A stretch of 64,000 nt of DNA. Origin: Raja brachyura. Taxonomy: Eukaryota. Positions within the stretch are counted from its first letter, which is position 1. Each line of letters starts with the position of its first letter. The DNA is taken from positions 12,090,001 to 12,154,000 of the forward strand of contig OY740802.1 in assembly GCA_963514005.1 (NCBI GenBank). Reading direction: 5' to 3'. Below are positions 60,392 through 64,000 of the stretch, in pieces. The translations under genes and the position numbers were made by a program. A model generated the notes under the pieces. It was given only the letters and a program-made list of their open reading frames with translations, was not told the origin of the DNA and made no database searches.

Positions 60392-60554
60392 NNNNNNNNN
60401 NNNNNNNNNNNNNNNNNNNNNNNNNNNNNNNNNNNNNNNNNNNNNNNNNNNNNNNNNNNNNNNNNNNNNNNNNNNNNNNNNNNNNNNNNNNNNNNNNNNN
60501 NNNNNNNNNNNNNNNNNNNNNNNNNNNNNNNNNNNNNNNNNNNNNNNNNNNNNN
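60392..60554. other. Assembly gap (163 N)
   Basis: Run of N. Confidence 1.
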
Positions 60555-61120
60555 CGGGACAGAATAACTCAACCGGACAGGCAGCATCTCTGAATAGAAG
60601 GAATAGGTGATGTATTGGATTGTCATCCTTCTTGAGGTCTGAAGAAGGGTCTCGACCTGAAATATCACCCATTCCATCTATCCAGAGATGCTGCCTGTCC
60701 AGTTGAGTTATTCCAGCATTTTATGTCTATCTTCAGTTTAAACCAGCATTTGCAGTTCCTTCCTACAATACATATGTAGATTCTTGACTAGTACAGGTGC
60801 AAGGGCTTATGGGGAGAAGGCAGGAAAATTGAGTTAGAAGGGAGAGATAGATCAGCCATGATTGAATGGCAGAGTAAATGATGGGCTGAATGGCCTAATT
60901 CTGCTCCTATCACTTATGACCTTATGGCTGAGCCTAACTGTTGGGTAGAGTAATCCAAAGATTCACTGTCCTTTAGGGAGAGGAACTCTTTCCCACCTCA
61001 GCCCTAAGGCTTATTTTGGGAAAAGGACACAAAGTGCTGTTGTAACCCAGCAGGTCAGGCAGCATCTCTGAAGATCATGGATAGGTAACATATTGGGTCA
61101 GGTTCCCTTTTTAGACTGCT

Positions 61121-61448
61121 TCAGTTCAGTTTAGTTTAATTTAGTTTAGTTTAGTTTAGTTTAGTTTAGAGATACTGCGTGAAAACAGGCCCTCAGGCCC
61201 ACCGTCTCCACGCTGACCAGCGATCACACTAGTTCTATCCTACACACCAGGGACAATTTATAGAAGGCGATTGACCTACAAACCTGGACTTTATTGGAAT
61301 GTGGGAGGGAACCAGAGCACCCGGAGAAAACCCATGTGGTCACGAGGAGAATGTACTAACTCCGTTCAGACAGTACCAGTAGTCAGGATCAAACCCGGGT
61401 CAATGGCGCTGTAAGGCAGCAACTCCGCCGCAGTGCCACCGTGCCGCC
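61121..61448 (-). mobile_element. tRNA-derived SINE with long (CTAAA)n tail
   Basis: Full reverse-complement copy. Confidence 0.9.
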
Positions 61449-62201
61449 ACGTAAATAATTCCTTGTTTCCACCCTTATTTTGGGTCTTTGGCACCTGCTT
61501 CTAGCAAGGGGAATCATTAACTCTGCACCTACCCAGTTAAGCCCTGTAAAAATCTTGCACATCCCTCAGTCTTTGAATCTCAAGGGACAAGTCTGCTTAA
61601 TCCCTTGTCACGCAATAAACACGTTTCCACATAGGTTGCAAATACATAGTTTTGTTTCCAGATCCTCTGTACACCTGATGCATAACACATGGAAGACTTC
61701 CAATATCCGATGTTGTGCAACACCTGTTTGTCTCTGGATTTTCATTTGAGTGAAGAAGTGGTTCATGTTATCTGGAAACCGCCCAGGCAAAACGTGGCTT
61801 CCAATACACCTTTTTTTAGTTTTTACTTTAGTTTACAGATACAGCACAGAAACAAACCCTTCAGCACACCAAGTCCGCGCTGACCAGGGAGCCCCACACG
61901 CTGGTACTATCCTACACACACACACTAAGGAGAATTTATAATTATACCAAGCCAATTAACCTACAAACCTGAGATGGACACAAAAAGCTGGAGTAACTCA
62001 GTGGGATAGGCATCGCTTGGTTTAAAGGGGACTTCCCAAAACAGAACCCAGGTGGCCTGCGGAAGCTCCACTAAGATACGTCTTATTGAGTAATTTATTT
62101 ATCCAGATCTCCTGCCCACCTTCGTTCCCAGAGCAACAATCCTTACCAACCTCAGGCATCAGCTATAGGAGGACCCCATTATAAACTGTACATTTGCAAA
62201 A

Positions 62202-62800
62202 AGGGAAGTAATATTAAAATTGTACAAGGCATTGGTGAGATCAATTCTAGAGTATGGTGTACAATTTTGGTCGCCTAATTATAGGAAGGATGTCAACAAA
62301 ATAGAGAGAGTACAGAGGAGATTTACTAGAATGTTGACTGGGTTCCAGCAACTAAGTTACAGAGAAAGGTTGAACAAGTTAGGTCTTTATTCTTTGGAGC
62401 GCAGAAGGTTAAGGGGGGACTTGATTGAGGTCTTTAAAATGATGAAAGGGATAGACAGAGTTGACGTGGATAAGCTTTTCCCATTGAGGGTAGGAAAGAT
62501 TCAAACAAGAGGGCATGACATGAGAATTAAGGGACAGAAATTTAGGGGTAACATGAGGGGGAACTTCTTTACTAAGAGAGTGGTGGCTGTGTGGAATGAT
62601 CTTCCTGCAGAAGTGGTGGAGGCAGGATCGATTTTAACATTTTAAAGTAAAGTGGATAGGTATATGGACGGGAAGGGAATGGAGGGGTATGGTCTGAGTG
62701 CAGGTAGATGGGACTAGGGGAAAATGAATGGTCGGCATGGACTGGAAGGGTCGAGAAGGCCTGTTTCCGTGCTGTAATTGTTATATGGTTATATGGTTAT
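62202..62800 (+). mobile_element. CR1/HER1 3' fragment, same subfamily as 2317-4579
   Basis: ORF 62220-62645 closely matches 3973-4293; (GTTATATG)n tail. Confidence 0.93.
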
Positions 62801-63458
62801 CTATGTAGGAACGTGCTTATTATTTGAGGAGAGAATAAGACGACTCATTTTATACACTCTGGAGTTTAGAAGAGATCAGAGTAGTTTTATTTAACATTAA
62901 CCTTACCATTCTGCCATCTATTAATCGCCAGGGCTAACTGACGCCCCTGTCCAGTATGTGAAAAAAGCTGATAACTAACTGTACACTATTCCCCCGAGTC
63001 TCACATTCATGACACCATGTTGCTATCGCTGCTTGAGTTGGCTTTGTAGGAGCTGAAGAAATTCTAGGCTTACTGCCTAAATGCAAAATTTTATCAAAAT
63101 CTTCCAAAATTTCAGATTTAAGAAACATTTAGGCAGGCACATATTATTACTATCCGACACATGGATAGGACAGGTTTAGAGGGATATGGGCCAAATGGTG
63201 GTGAGCCACGCGCAGTGTGAACCCTCAGCTCTGGAGGGGGGAGTCACGTGTCTTGGTGATGGGAGGTGCAGGTCACGGGGCTCCCATGGGGAGTATTTAA
63301 TGTTGGGAGAGCCCGTGCCTTGGTGTGTAGTAGGGAGCTGTATCATTAGATAACGTTAACGATTTACTGGCTGGACAAACTTTGTGTCCCACCTCACTCT
63401 TGGCCGGACAGCTTCGAGTCCCGCCTCAATATCTGATCCACCCCTGTTCTTAACTACT

Positions 63459-63762
63459 GGTGGCACAGTGGCCCAGCTAGTACAGGGACACCGGGTCTGC
63501 TTCACGGCATTAGAGATCCGGGTTAAATCTCCTGACCTCAGGTTCTGTCTACGTGGAGTGTGCACGTTCTCATTGTTACCGGGTGCTCCGGTTTTCTCCC
63601 ATATTCCACAGACGTGCAGGTTTGTTAATTAATTGACCTCTGTAAATTGCCCCTAGTGTGTAGGGAGTAGATGAGAGAGTGAGATAACATAGAACTAGTG
63701 TCCACGGGAGGTCAATGATAGGTTATAGCCCAGGTTGGTCAATGGGCCTGTTTCCATGCTAT
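63459..63762 (+). mobile_element. tRNA-derived SINE, diverged
   Basis: Head, central domain and tail recognisable. Confidence 0.75.
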
Positions 63763-64000
63763 GGATCCTCCTATGTGTCAGTTTACCATAGCTCTGAAAT
63801 CTCTACACCCTTAAAAATGTACCTATCTCCCTTTGAAATACCTCCAATGATCAAGCTATCACAATAATCCAGGGAGATACTAACATCAATAAGAAGAAAA
63901 GATGATATTTCTTCTTGGAACACACAGAAAATATGTACTAAGTGAAAGATTGTCGGGTCCAATGTCCAGAATTTGGGTCGTAATGTGCATTTTTGTGATT

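Noticed and set aside
60328-60677. ORFs spanning the N gap
   Set aside because: Artefacts of unknown bases.

Overview
Eukaryotic, repeat-dense non-coding DNA, most likely intronic or intergenic sequence from a cartilaginous fish (skate/ray-like, inferred from the HE1/V-type tRNA SINE paired with HER1-like CR1 LINEs). No host protein-coding exon can be called with confidence; nearly all listed ORFs are retroelement-derived or spurious. The window holds: (1) several CR1 LINEs, including a near-full-length copy with an intact 1024-aa ORF2 and an SGNH-esterase ORF1, inserted into a Penelope-like GIY-YIG element; (2) a decayed Rex1/Babar LINE and many Rex1 tails; (3) L1 and RTE fragments; (4) about 25 tRNA-derived SINEs; (5) two PIF/Harbinger-type MITEs and a probable non-autonomous Helitron; (6) simple repeats and a 163-bp N gap. 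The most interesting signal is a family of more than 30 short Penelope pseudo-LTR-derived units. They carry a minimal hammerhead-ribozyme-like core (CTGA[A/T]GA-stem-GAAACGTC) and occur as single, fold-back and tandem forms, several with their own 9-14 bp target-site duplications. This is a candidate retrozyme-like non-autonomous system whose catalytic activity is untested.
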